A DNA stretch of 64,000 nt from a virus, in the IMG/VR virus record IMGVR_UViG_3300037483_001148, positions 36,046 through 100,045 of that record; one strand, written 5' to 3'. Positions 33,789-42,584 of this stretch are shown here, piece after piece (within the stretch, counting starts at the first letter, position 1; the number at the start of each line of letters is the position of its first letter). The notes under the pieces were generated by a model. The model was given only the letters and a program-made list of their open reading frames with translations, was not told the origin of the DNA and ran no database searches. Both the position numbers and the translations under genes were made by a program.

Positions 33789-34747
33789 GTTTTTTACTTA
33801 CTACTGATCGAAGAATACTCGATTACATTAAACATAGGTACGATCAAGCCCATGCCACTTCTTTGCCTTATGCGGACATCCAGCATTTTGCTGATAACGT
33901 CTATAATTATGATGTCTGTCAGTTTTTAAGGGAACTGCCTGACAAATCGGTAGACTTTATTTTCACTGATGAGCCATACGGTGTTGCTCCAACCCGGCTT
34001 AATCTGAAGGCTCGTACCGACATTACAACCGATTTTGAATGGGATAAGATTATTGAACTACCAGAAGTTTATAAAGACTTGCTTTATGGCATCAGTTCAG
34101 ATGCTCCAAGACTTCCGGCACATCTTTTGAACGAATGGGTGTTTGAGGCAAGCAGGGTCTTAAAAGATACCGGCATGCTGGTTAATTTTGGGTCTATGGA
34201 GTTTGTAGCTACGTTCAGGGATGTAGTCAGATATGCCGGGATGACATGGAGAGCATCTATTCCCTGGTTAAAAACTAATACCGCTCCCCACTTCAGAAAA
34301 GCTAATTTCAGAAGTGGGCATGAGACAATATTCTTTGCTTCCAAAGGCAAGACCAAAGGGGTCTGGAATTTTATGGAGCAACAGGAGATGGTTAATTTTA
34401 TCATTGACCAAACCTGTCCCAAATGTCATGCCAGTTTCCCAGTTATTCTCAGTAATAACTACGACACTCCAAATTGGTTTGAAAAAGTCCAGGATTGGAC
34501 TTTTGAGATTTCTCCTATGACCAATAAAAAATCACCCCATCCGACTGAAAAGCCGGAATGGTTGATAACCAAATATATGGAGATAATGAGCAAACCGGGA
34601 GATGTTGTAGTAGACTGTTTCGCGGGAAGCGGAGTTATCCCATCTGTAGCAAAAAAACTAGGAAGGAGGTACATCGTCAATGATAAGGATGAATACTGGA
34701 CTACATATATTCAAAAAAGGCTAAAGAACCAACAATTATCATTTTAA
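33785..34747 (+). CDS. DNA amino-methyltransferase (N4-C/N6-A, beta class)
   Basis: IFTDEPY (motif IV variant), HPTEKP, VVDCFAGSG. Confidence 0.88.
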   Translation: MSFLLTTDRRILDYIKHRYDQAHATSLPYADIQHFADNVYNYDVCQFLRELPDKSVDFIFTDEPYGVAPTRLNLKARTDITTDFEWDKIIELPEVYKDLLYGISSDAPRLPAHLLNEWVFEASRVLKDTGMLVNFGSMEFVATFRDVVRYAGMTWRASIPWLKTNTAPHFRKANFRSGHETIFFASKGKTKGVWNFMEQQEMVNFIIDQTCPKCHASFPVILSNNYDTPNWFEKVQDWTFEISPMTNKKSPHPTEKPEWLITKYMEIMSKPGDVVVDCFAGSGVIPSVAKKLGRRYIVNDKDEYWTTYIQKRLKNQQLSF

Positions 34748-34770
34748 TTGGAGAGCAATAGGAGCTAGAA

Positions 34771-35268
34771 ATGAAAACATGTCCAGAATGTAATTTCCAA
34801 TTTCAAAGACGTTCTAAAGAGTGCTGCCCCAATTGTAAGGTTAGATTGGTTTTATCAGGCAAAACACTTAGGATATTGGAGGATAAACAAACAGTTGACG
34901 AAATTTTACTGAAGATCAAAAGGCATGTGGAAAGAAGGGATGGGGTAGAACTGCCATTTACCCTAGCAGAACAAAGCAGGGAGCGAAATGTGGCTTATGA
35001 TTTGATAAAGCGTACTAAGGTATTCTTAGCGGCTCAAAAAGAAAAAATCCCTATTAGCCCTAGAGATTTTCTTATGGGGATGCTCGATTATATTTTGAGC
35101 AACCTCTGGTGGTCGGAACATCTTAAATCTTTGCTTATGTTATACAACAAAATACCTGAATTTGCAAAGGAATACTTTAACAAATTAAAGAAAAGGTTCA
35201 TTTCCCAAAACGCTGAAATAGAGCGAATGGTTACTACCCCGAAGGTGAGTATTGAGTATGTCCTATAA
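34771..35268 (+). CDS. zinc-ribbon protein, possible helicase loader or initiator
   Basis: CPEC...CPNC; directly precedes helicase. Confidence 0.55.
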   Translation: MKTCPECNFQFQRRSKECCPNCKVRLVLSGKTLRILEDKQTVDEILLKIKRHVERRDGVELPFTLAEQSRERNVAYDLIKRTKVFLAAQKEKIPISPRDFLMGMLDYILSNLWWSEHLKSLLMLYNKIPEFAKEYFNKLKKRFISQNAEIERMVTTPKVSIEYVL

Positions 35269-36253
35269 TCCCCATTTGGGTGCTTTTAGTAACTCCTCTG
35301 AAAGCCGGTGGGGGAAACCTGAAGAAAACAATTCCAAAATCGTGCGTTATATGATGTGTGATGCATTTGATGGGGCAGTATACGGAGTACGATTGAACAC
35401 AGGAGAAGTAAATTCAGTGGTTGCTTCAAAGAAACAACGCAAGACAACACTGATGGCAAATTGGCTACTAAATTTTGCCAGGCAATTGGAAGATAAATGG
35501 ATTTGTATTGATACTCTGGAATCAGGGATGCCACCGGGGAGATATGCCGATGTTTTAATTTCTATCTTGGCTACAAAGATAATGATCATGCAATATTTTG
35601 GCAAAGATAGAAAAGAATGGCCCTCGTCCAGGGAAATAGTAACTCATCCTGAACTTGGCCCACAACTTCGCCTTAATCCTGAATTTTTCCTATATTCAAC
35701 TCGTACTCAACTGCAACACAACGCTATTGAAGCTGCCAAGAAAGCGACCAGTACCTTACCTATTTCAATATTTGGCCCGGCTAAAGAACAGGGCCAAACC
35801 AGGGACTTAGATGCTTCACTTAAAAGATGGGAATTGTTAGCTAAGGGGGAATATCCCGGTTCGGAAGGTAAAAGACATGTCATTTTCTGTGTAGATAACA
35901 TCCAGCAGTATAGGCAGTTTGCTGGAAACTCATACTACGGTTTAGAAATCATCACCAATGAGTTTTCATCGTTCATCGTCACGAATCCCGGTACAGTTGG
36001 ATTCGCCGTATCTCAGCCTTCTATGACCTCCCAAAGGGGGGATGGTGAATTGGAAGCCAGAGGCGGCTCACGGTTGGCTGAAGAATGTAATTATGTCTTT
36101 AGCACAGAATATGACAAAGACAAGCACCCGCTATTTATGATAATCAAGACACTGTTTTCAAGACCAACTCCCCCACCGACCATCAGGCAGGAGATTGAGC
36201 CATTCAGTGGTGCATTTTTAAGACTTGCAACTCCAGTATATGCGGAGGAATAA
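35252..36253 (+). CDS. dnaB: DnaB-like (SF4/RecA-fold) helicase
   Basis: VVASKKQRKTT, TLES, CVDNIQ, VSQ, RGGSRLAEECNYVF. Confidence 0.7.
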   Translation: MSMSYNPHLGAFSNSSESRWGKPEENNSKIVRYMMCDAFDGAVYGVRLNTGEVNSVVASKKQRKTTLMANWLLNFARQLEDKWICIDTLESGMPPGRYADVLISILATKIMIMQYFGKDRKEWPSSREIVTHPELGPQLRLNPEFFLYSTRTQLQHNAIEAAKKATSTLPISIFGPAKEQGQTRDLDASLKRWELLAKGEYPGSEGKRHVIFCVDNIQQYRQFAGNSYYGLEIITNEFSSFIVTNPGTVGFAVSQPSMTSQRGDGELEARGGSRLAEECNYVFSTEYDKDKHPLFMIIKTLFSRPTPPPTIRQEIEPFSGAFLRLATPVYAEE

Positions 36254-36255
36254 AA

Positions 36256-36642
36256 ATGGTTAAAAATAAGCAAGCTGTTATTTTGGATGTTACAGGTATT
36301 ATACCAACTCCCCCCAAAGAAGTTAAATACGATTGGGCTGTTTACGAAAAGCAGGAAGATCGTGAACGTCTAAAAAGGATTGACTTTTCATTAGCCAATA
36401 CGGAGTTTGATAAGATTGTGCCGGTTTCAGGATTTTGTCCTTGCCCCTCCTGTCAGGGTCACAATAGGCTATTGACCTGGCCGAAGCGATCCAAGCTTGT
36501 ATTTGGAATCGAAGGGGCTTGTCCCTTTTCAGTGGGTATCCAAATGGTGCGAATTGCACTTCTCAAGAAACAAAATAGTGATGAAAACCTGATGGGCAAC
36601 TTATTGAAAAAAGCAAGACAATATGATTTCAAAGTTGCTTAA
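36256..36642 (+). CDS. hypothetical Cys-rich protein
   Basis: CPCPSC...CPF; GGAGG RBS. Confidence 0.6.
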   Translation: MVKNKQAVILDVTGIIPTPPKEVKYDWAVYEKQEDRERLKRIDFSLANTEFDKIVPVSGFCPCPSCQGHNRLLTWPKRSKLVFGIEGACPFSVGIQMVRIALLKKQNSDENLMGNLLKKARQYDFKVA

Positions 36643-36817
36643 TAAAATAGGTGGGGATGATTGTCCTCACCAGAATACTCAAACCCTGCTAATTTTCGGC
36701 AATAAGAACTATTTTCGACCTGGTTTACATTATGCGTTTGAGATTCAGGTTTGCCGGATTTGTGGGAAAGTTATCGTCAAAGAATATCAAACAAGCGAAT
36801 GGTATGAGGCAAAATGA
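36623..36817 (+). CDS. small zinc-binding protein
   Basis: CPH...CRICG. Confidence 0.6.
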   Translation: MISKLLNKIGGDDCPHQNTQTLLIFGNKNYFRPGLHYAFEIQVCRICGKVIVKEYQTSEWYEAK

Positions 36818-37869
36818 AATTTGAAATTGAAGCAAGTAAACTGGTTTCAGCAAAAGACAAGATAAAAAAGGTTGTCCAAAATAGTGCGCTGGTTAAAAAA
36901 TCAATATATCTTCAAGCTGGTGAGAATGGCTTGGTTATGTATGGCTATTCTGAAGGTTTCTACGGCGAAATACATGTTGAAGCTGAAGTAATAAAACCTG
37001 GGGTAATTGAATTGAACCACAATGCGCTGGACCTGTTTGATTTTACAGAGGGTAAAATTGAATTGGAGCTAGTTGATCCAATCCACATATCTTATAAAAA
37101 CAAAATTTTGAACGGACAACTAAATATTACCACATCTGAGCCAGACTTTCAGATTGCGACTAAGCCGGTAAATTGGATCAAATTGCCCCCGACTTATCTT
37201 GGTGTGCTGTACTGCAATACCAAAGATGATCGAAATCTTGAAAATGTATTTTTCTTCCAGGACACAATAGCTTGTACATCCCGATACACATTTGCGGGTT
37301 ACAAGCACCCTCAAGAGATTACCAGTGAAGCATTTACTGTGCCGATTCGTTTCTTTGACCTTATTGATAAAACCTCAGAAACAGAATTGGCTCTGGATTT
37401 AAGAAAGGTTTGGATCAGGCAGGGGGAGTTTCTGGTATCAGCAGGAACAATAGAATACACAAATCCGGTTGTGACTGAGTTTGGCTATTATGAATTTAAA
37501 CCACTCGCCAAATTTGAAATTACCATTGAAGAAGCTGAACGGATTTGTGGATATATTCAAACATTATCTGACGATGGTTTTGCCAGTCTTGTTTTGCACA
37601 AAAACAAATTGTTTGTTGTTCCTACCGGAAACTCAATTGGGCCGGGAACAATGGAAATAGAGTGCAAATCATCGGAAGGTGAAATAAACTTTGGCTTGAA
37701 AGCGGCTTCATTTCTGCCAGCAATAAAACATGTGGACTATGGTATTTGTCGGGTATATCTGGCTAACCCCACGAAAGATGTGTTTTCTCTGGTAGTAGTC
37801 GGAAGCAGAACACGTCATTTATTTAATGAAGTACCTCATGCCAGGTACAATGGAGAAGCATCAGTATAA
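36814..37869 (+). CDS. dnaN: DNA polymerase III beta sliding clamp-like protein
   Basis: 351 aa; MKFEIEASKL..KIKKVV..SIYLQA; three-domain beta-alpha pattern; replication context. Confidence 0.65.
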   Translation: MKFEIEASKLVSAKDKIKKVVQNSALVKKSIYLQAGENGLVMYGYSEGFYGEIHVEAEVIKPGVIELNHNALDLFDFTEGKIELELVDPIHISYKNKILNGQLNITTSEPDFQIATKPVNWIKLPPTYLGVLYCNTKDDRNLENVFFFQDTIACTSRYTFAGYKHPQEITSEAFTVPIRFFDLIDKTSETELALDLRKVWIRQGEFLVSAGTIEYTNPVVTEFGYYEFKPLAKFEITIEEAERICGYIQTLSDDGFASLVLHKNKLFVVPTGNSIGPGTMEIECKSSEGEINFGLKAASFLPAIKHVDYGICRVYLANPTKDVFSLVVVGSRTRHLFNEVPHARYNGEASV

Positions 37870-37889
37870 AAACTGGGGTATTATTTCTA

Positions 37890-37918
37890 TTGACTTAATG
37901 TTAAAGTAAGAGTAGACT
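37890..37918 (+). promoter_or_regulatory. TTGACTTAATG-family promoter giving a probably leaderless mRNA
   Basis: TTGACT-17 nt-TAGACT, ATG 37925 begins 7 nt after the -10 box. Confidence 0.65.
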
Positions 37919-37924
37919 GGAAAG

Positions 37925-39331
37925 ATGCTAAGTTACAAGAAAGTTGCCTCTATGCCTATGTCCTTGTGGGAGAAAGTCAAGGCTGGTCAAGACATCGGTC
38001 TTGACACTTCCAAAGACGTAATTTGCCCGGATTGTTGGGGACAAAATATTTACACTAAACTAGCCTGGACCGGTTCGGTATTTGTTTGCTCCACACATGG
38101 CAAGCTAAGTTCAGTTATGCCGGAATGGGTTATAGAAACAACCTCTCAATATCGCGGTTACTATGAAACAAAACTTATAGAAAGGTTAAAAATGAACAAC
38201 CAACTTATTAAAAAGCCTGAATCAAACCTTCTGGCCGAAAAGGCGCAACTCACCCGTATGCAGGGGGTGGTCCGTTCAGCCCTAATGGGCATAGGTACAG
38301 ACCTCGGCAAACTTACTGAGGACATCATTACTGTAGTTGCGCATGGCGCTTTGATACATGGCCTCAATCCGGCTACAGGAGAAATCTTTCCATACATTGA
38401 AAAAGATGAAAAAGGGAATATCTCCAAGTTTACACTTGGCATTAACTACAAAGGTCTTGCCCGAAGCGCAAGGCGACAAGCACAATTCAATATTCCCCAT
38501 TCGGAAATCCGGCGATTAGACGCTGAAGAAATTCGGCAAAAACAGCTTAACATTACGCCCAATTGGGCGTGGTTTAGAGACAAATCTAAACCTCAATTTG
38601 TAGAGCATCCCCCTGAAAAATGCATTGCAGTTGAAGTCCCCCTGTACCGGCTTGACATTTATGAAAAGCTATTAGAGTTGGCTGAACGCGCTGTAAAGGT
38701 AGGAGCGAAGCCTATTCCGGTTACTCCTCAGTCAGTAGGTCTTGGTGTGTGGAGGCCAGGAGATTCCATTCCGTCCGGCAGAACCGCCGAATGGAGAGCC
38801 GAACTTCGTGGTATTAAAGACGCTATCACAAAGGCTTATGACCTTTCTTTCGATTTTGTGTCGATGTATGTGGATCGAGCCGATGAATATGTTGAAAGAA
38901 ATACGGGCCTGATAATTGAAGCTGAACCACAAGATCAGTATCCATTCACCGTAGATGACGTTTTAACTGAGGAACTTCCCTTCAGTGATCCGCTTTTGCC
39001 AACTTACCCCGGCGAATTGCTAAATGACAAACGCCAGAAAGTCTTGACCAAACAATTAGCCTCGTTTGTACCAAATCCTGAAGGAATAGTTCAACAGGTT
39101 TTTGGGGATATTGGATTATCCGATGTAACCGACATAATGGCTAAAAATATCGTTGAGTTAGCTAAACGGCAAGCTATGTTAAAAGAGGGAAGGTTGACCA
39201 GTGAGGATGTTGGTTATCCTGGCCTCTCAGTAGATGTTGTTTCTGCCGCCTTAGAGCAAGATTGTTTGGGGATGTCAAAGTTAGGCCGAAAATGGATGGA
39301 TGCTGAAAGTCTCAAAGAGGTTAAGGAATGA
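37925..39331 (+). CDS. recT: RecT/Red-beta-like ssDNA annealing protein with N-terminal zinc ribbon
   Basis: HGLNPATGEIFPY, GINYKGLARSARR, AELRGIKDAITKAY; N-terminal CPDC...CSTH. Confidence 0.7.
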   Translation: MLSYKKVASMPMSLWEKVKAGQDIGLDTSKDVICPDCWGQNIYTKLAWTGSVFVCSTHGKLSSVMPEWVIETTSQYRGYYETKLIERLKMNNQLIKKPESNLLAEKAQLTRMQGVVRSALMGIGTDLGKLTEDIITVVAHGALIHGLNPATGEIFPYIEKDEKGNISKFTLGINYKGLARSARRQAQFNIPHSEIRRLDAEEIRQKQLNITPNWAWFRDKSKPQFVEHPPEKCIAVEVPLYRLDIYEKLLELAERAVKVGAKPIPVTPQSVGLGVWRPGDSIPSGRTAEWRAELRGIKDAITKAYDLSFDFVSMYVDRADEYVERNTGLIIEAEPQDQYPFTVDDVLTEELPFSDPLLPTYPGELLNDKRQKVLTKQLASFVPNPEGIVQQVFGDIGLSDVTDIMAKNIVELAKRQAMLKEGRLTSEDVGYPGLSVDVVSAALEQDCLGMSKLGRKWMDAESLKEVKE

Positions 39332-39873
39332 ACTTTATTCCCGAACAATCAGAGGTATCTAAACAGGAAGTCCCTTTTTTCGATGATGTAGTTGCTGAAG
39401 AGGGGTGGCAAGGCCATACTACCAGTAAAAGTATTGCTACCCTTAAGACAGAAGTGATAGTAGCTTTGAATCGTTTGGGTGGTACAGTTATGGTTTTCCA
39501 GAGGGGAATATTTGTAATCGGGCAGCACAAGCGAGAGGGATTTCAGGTTCACTACCAGGTTGATCGTAATGGGGTTATAAACAGAGGTAGGTTGGATGTA
39601 GCTGCATTGCCGGTACGTGAGGATTACCGTCTAAACCGTTCTCTTAACAAGCGCAAAGAAAAATCCTTGAAAATGGCACTTTACATGCTTAGAAGCGCAT
39701 TGGAGGGAACATGGTTTTTGCAACAGTTGTCCCCAGGTTATGCACCGTTAATGCCCTGGATGCTCACTGAACAAGGCAAGACTGTTACTCAATTGTGGAG
39801 TGAGCATGTTTTTACCCAAAATCTTTTACCAACTGGTGACTTTGTTGAAGGAGAAATCATAAAAAATGACTAA
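39328..39873 (+). CDS. hypothetical protein
   Basis: ATGA overlap; 181 aa. Confidence 0.75.
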   Translation: MNFIPEQSEVSKQEVPFFDDVVAEEGWQGHTTSKSIATLKTEVIVALNRLGGTVMVFQRGIFVIGQHKREGFQVHYQVDRNGVINRGRLDVAALPVREDYRLNRSLNKRKEKSLKMALYMLRSALEGTWFLQQLSPGYAPLMPWMLTEQGKTVTQLWSEHVFTQNLLPTGDFVEGEIIKND

Positions 39874-40612
39874 TTTAGCAGAAATTCCAATCGGCCTTGC
39901 TCAACTTCGTGAAGCTGAAGCAATGGCAATCGAGGGGGCAAGTAACATCATCGCCGGAGAGAATATGGTGAGTATCGCGGTTCATCGTATTGCCACTCAA
40001 AAGCTATACCTTGAAATAAAAGATGAAAAGGGCTTACCTATTTACACTCGATTTGAGCATTACTTGCCGGAACTCATTCAGAAGATGGGCATTGGCCGGA
40101 GCAAAATCTTCAATCTATTGACCATCACCAGGATTGCAACTGGCCCTACTTTGAACCTCAGTTATGAGCAATTCGCTGAACTAGGTGGTGCAACTGCTTT
40201 TGGCGCATTAAGAGATATAGTTGAATATGACCAAAAGACCGGCGAAATAAAGGGGTTCAAAAACGATGTTAAAATTCCTGATGATACTCCGGTAGGTAAG
40301 TTCATCATAGAACACATGGAGCAAATTGCACCGGGGGTAACAGATGAGTTGAACCTGTCACCGGGAGATTACAAGCTTCAGCTTGAAGCCGGGTTAGGTG
40401 GAGGTACTTTTACCGTTATTCAATGGTTTACGGCTGAAACAACGGGTAAGCCGGGGATTAGAGTGAAGTATATTGTTGAAAAAACCCAAAGGGGGGATGT
40501 TCAAAACCCCATTGAGGGATTCTTAGATGAAGGGAACATTCCCCAGGAGGTTTTGGAAGATTTTAATAAGCGGTTAAAAGTGGTTGGCCGATTCAAGTTT
40601 GAAGGTGATTGA
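39866..40612 (+). CDS. hypothetical protein, possible HTH DNA-binding
   Basis: YTRFEHYL...MGIGRSKIFNLL. Confidence 0.7.
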   Translation: MTNLAEIPIGLAQLREAEAMAIEGASNIIAGENMVSIAVHRIATQKLYLEIKDEKGLPIYTRFEHYLPELIQKMGIGRSKIFNLLTITRIATGPTLNLSYEQFAELGGATAFGALRDIVEYDQKTGEIKGFKNDVKIPDDTPVGKFIIEHMEQIAPGVTDELNLSPGDYKLQLEAGLGGGTFTVIQWFTAETTGKPGIRVKYIVEKTQRGDVQNPIEGFLDEGNIPQEVLEDFNKRLKVVGRFKFEGD

Positions 40613-40613
40613 A

Positions 40614-40784
40614 ATGAGATTTTCGTTACTCTTTGGGCTAATATACATTGGTAGTCAAATCGCTGAATTGACCGCAAAAGAATTGAAGTACGGTACTGGT
40701 TTTACATATTTTGTGGCCTTTACGTTGGTCTTAATGCTTTTGTTTGATGTTATTGAACTATACATAAAAGGAGTTAAAAAATGA
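40614..40784 (+). CDS. small two-TM membrane protein
   Basis: MRFSLLFGLIYIG...FVAFTLVLMLLF. Confidence 0.55.
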   Translation: MRFSLLFGLIYIGSQIAELTAKELKYGTGFTYFVAFTLVLMLLFDVIELYIKGVKK

Positions 40785-41944
40785 CTGTTACAAACCATAA
40801 ACCATTTGCAGAAATTTTAGGTGAGGTTATGGCTAAGTCCAAAGACAAATCTGATCGGGTTATTCCGGCCAAAGAGTTTGTAGGTGGACTGAAACGAATG
40901 GGCGATGTATGGGGAATAGAAACGGAAAATTCCGGCACATTCACCATGACCAAACCGGCGCTGGTTCAATTGGTCAAAGACCGGCTTGGTGGTATGCCAG
41001 CCCTCTTCAATGATCGTGATGTGTCTGAACGCACAGTCCAAAATTATATGATGGATAAGGTTTTGGCGGGGCAAGTGGATAAGCCATTGGCCTTGCGCGT
41101 TACAGGAACACAAATTGATGGTGTTCTATCTGACCATTATGCCTTTTTTGATAACACGCGGCTAATGTTGACGCTGGCCGGGTTTGTGCGTGATGGTTTA
41201 CTACCGGAACAGCTTTATGCTCATCGTTACTATGTAGGGCCGGGGGCGCGTGATCTGCATTTGCGTCTCATTAGCCCCGAAAACTGGAACTTCAAGAATG
41301 GGGATCAATACTATGGTTCAGTTCTGTTTTCCAACAACGAATTGGGTCTTGCCTCTTTGAAAGTTGCCCCGGCTATTGCACGAGTGGCCTGTTTTAACTA
41401 TCTAGTAGCTGAAAACACCATTCAGGCTAATCACACGTTCGGCAGTGTTGAAGAATTAGACAAGACCATTCTTCAGGGTGTTCAGCATATCCAACGTTAC
41501 GCCGCCTCAATGTTCGAGCGAATTCAGCATAGCCATGCAGTTCAGTTTGATCGGCCTGAAACTGTGTTCACGATGGTTGCCAGAGAAATGCATTTGCCGC
41601 AGTACGTTGAAGAAAAAGCACGTGCCTGGTGGGTTCAAGAAGGCGAGGAAAATTCATTGTGGGCTATCGTTCAGGCAGTTGTGAACGGCACTCAGGAATT
41701 AACCCCAAATAAAGGGAAGAAAGTTCGATGGGATGACCGGAACGCTTTTGAACACAATGTCTGGATGTGGAGCGAGAACATCCTTACTCGTCACCAAGAG
41801 GGGCAAGACATTAACAAGGTGTTCAGTTCAGCCGAACTTGTTCAGAAAAGTAAAGTGCTGGAAATCTTGCGGGGCAATCAGCAATGGCAACCAGCGCGTG
41901 AATTGGTTGCGACACTTGAGCCAGTAGCTTGGACCGAGAACTAA
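40781..41944 (+). CDS. DUF932-like phage protein
   Basis: VLSDHYAFFDN, SNNELGLASLKV..ARVACFN, NSLWAIVQAV. Confidence 0.75.
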   Translation: MTVTNHKPFAEILGEVMAKSKDKSDRVIPAKEFVGGLKRMGDVWGIETENSGTFTMTKPALVQLVKDRLGGMPALFNDRDVSERTVQNYMMDKVLAGQVDKPLALRVTGTQIDGVLSDHYAFFDNTRLMLTLAGFVRDGLLPEQLYAHRYYVGPGARDLHLRLISPENWNFKNGDQYYGSVLFSNNELGLASLKVAPAIARVACFNYLVAENTIQANHTFGSVEELDKTILQGVQHIQRYAASMFERIQHSHAVQFDRPETVFTMVAREMHLPQYVEEKARAWWVQEGEENSLWAIVQAVVNGTQELTPNKGKKVRWDDRNAFEHNVWMWSENILTRHQEGQDINKVFSSAELVQKSKVLEILRGNQQWQPARELVATLEPVAWTEN

Positions 41945-41999
41945 CTCTCAAAAAAAATAATCGAGAAAAATGTTTTATTGTGTTGAGGGTTGATTCTAA

Positions 42000-42025
42000 A
42001 GGGGGTGGAATTACTTCCACCCCCT
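42000..42025. terminator. hairpin between the convergent arms
   Basis: AGGGGGTGGAA-TTAC-TTCCACCCCCT. Confidence 0.7.
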
Positions 42026-42080
42026 GATTCATAGTTTCGGGGAGAGCAAGCCGAAACTTAGAAACCACTAGCGTTACTTC

Positions 42081-42584
42081 CTATTTACTACCAATTACCA
42101 GGTCAGCTAAGGCATCAGAAATCTGGCTTTCATTTATAGCCATTTTTACCCGCTCCAATGCTTTACGGCGAGAATAATTTAGATCAGCGAAGCTATTTCG
42201 CATCCAATTCCATTGCGCTTCCCATATTGAGAGCATCTTAAATGCTGTCATTCCGGGATCACTCGTTTCCGCATAGGCCCGTGCTTCTTGGTACGCTCGG
42301 TAATATCGTTGGGGGTCTGGTTCTTCTGGCCTACCGTCAGATCGCCATTCTCCGACCAACAAACCTATATCCGCTATATTAGCGATAAAAAATAGCTCAT
42401 TTGTCAATATATTCAGTTCTATTACTTTATTATTTACGGTCCTATTGATCTCAATAATAGCTCGTTTTTTTAGTTCCTCTGTAGGCGTATGCCCACGTTC
42501 AGCAGCATCAAGAAGCTCCTCTGTTGTTGGCTGTCTTTCTGTAATTTCCCCAGTCGAGCAATTGATCTCAGCAAATATACTCAT
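42081..42584 (-). CDS. tail fibre-associated or assembly protein
   Basis: Follows tail fibre with ATGA overlap; EINCSTGEITERQPT N-terminus. Confidence 0.6.
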   Translation of the reverse strand: MSIFAEINCSTGEITERQPTTEELLDAAERGHTPTEELKKRAIIEINRTVNNKVIELNILTNELFFIANIADIGLLVGEWRSDGRPEEPDPQRYYRAYQEARAYAETSDPGMTAFKMLSIWEAQWNWMRNSFADLNYSRRKALERVKMAINESQISDALADLVIGSK

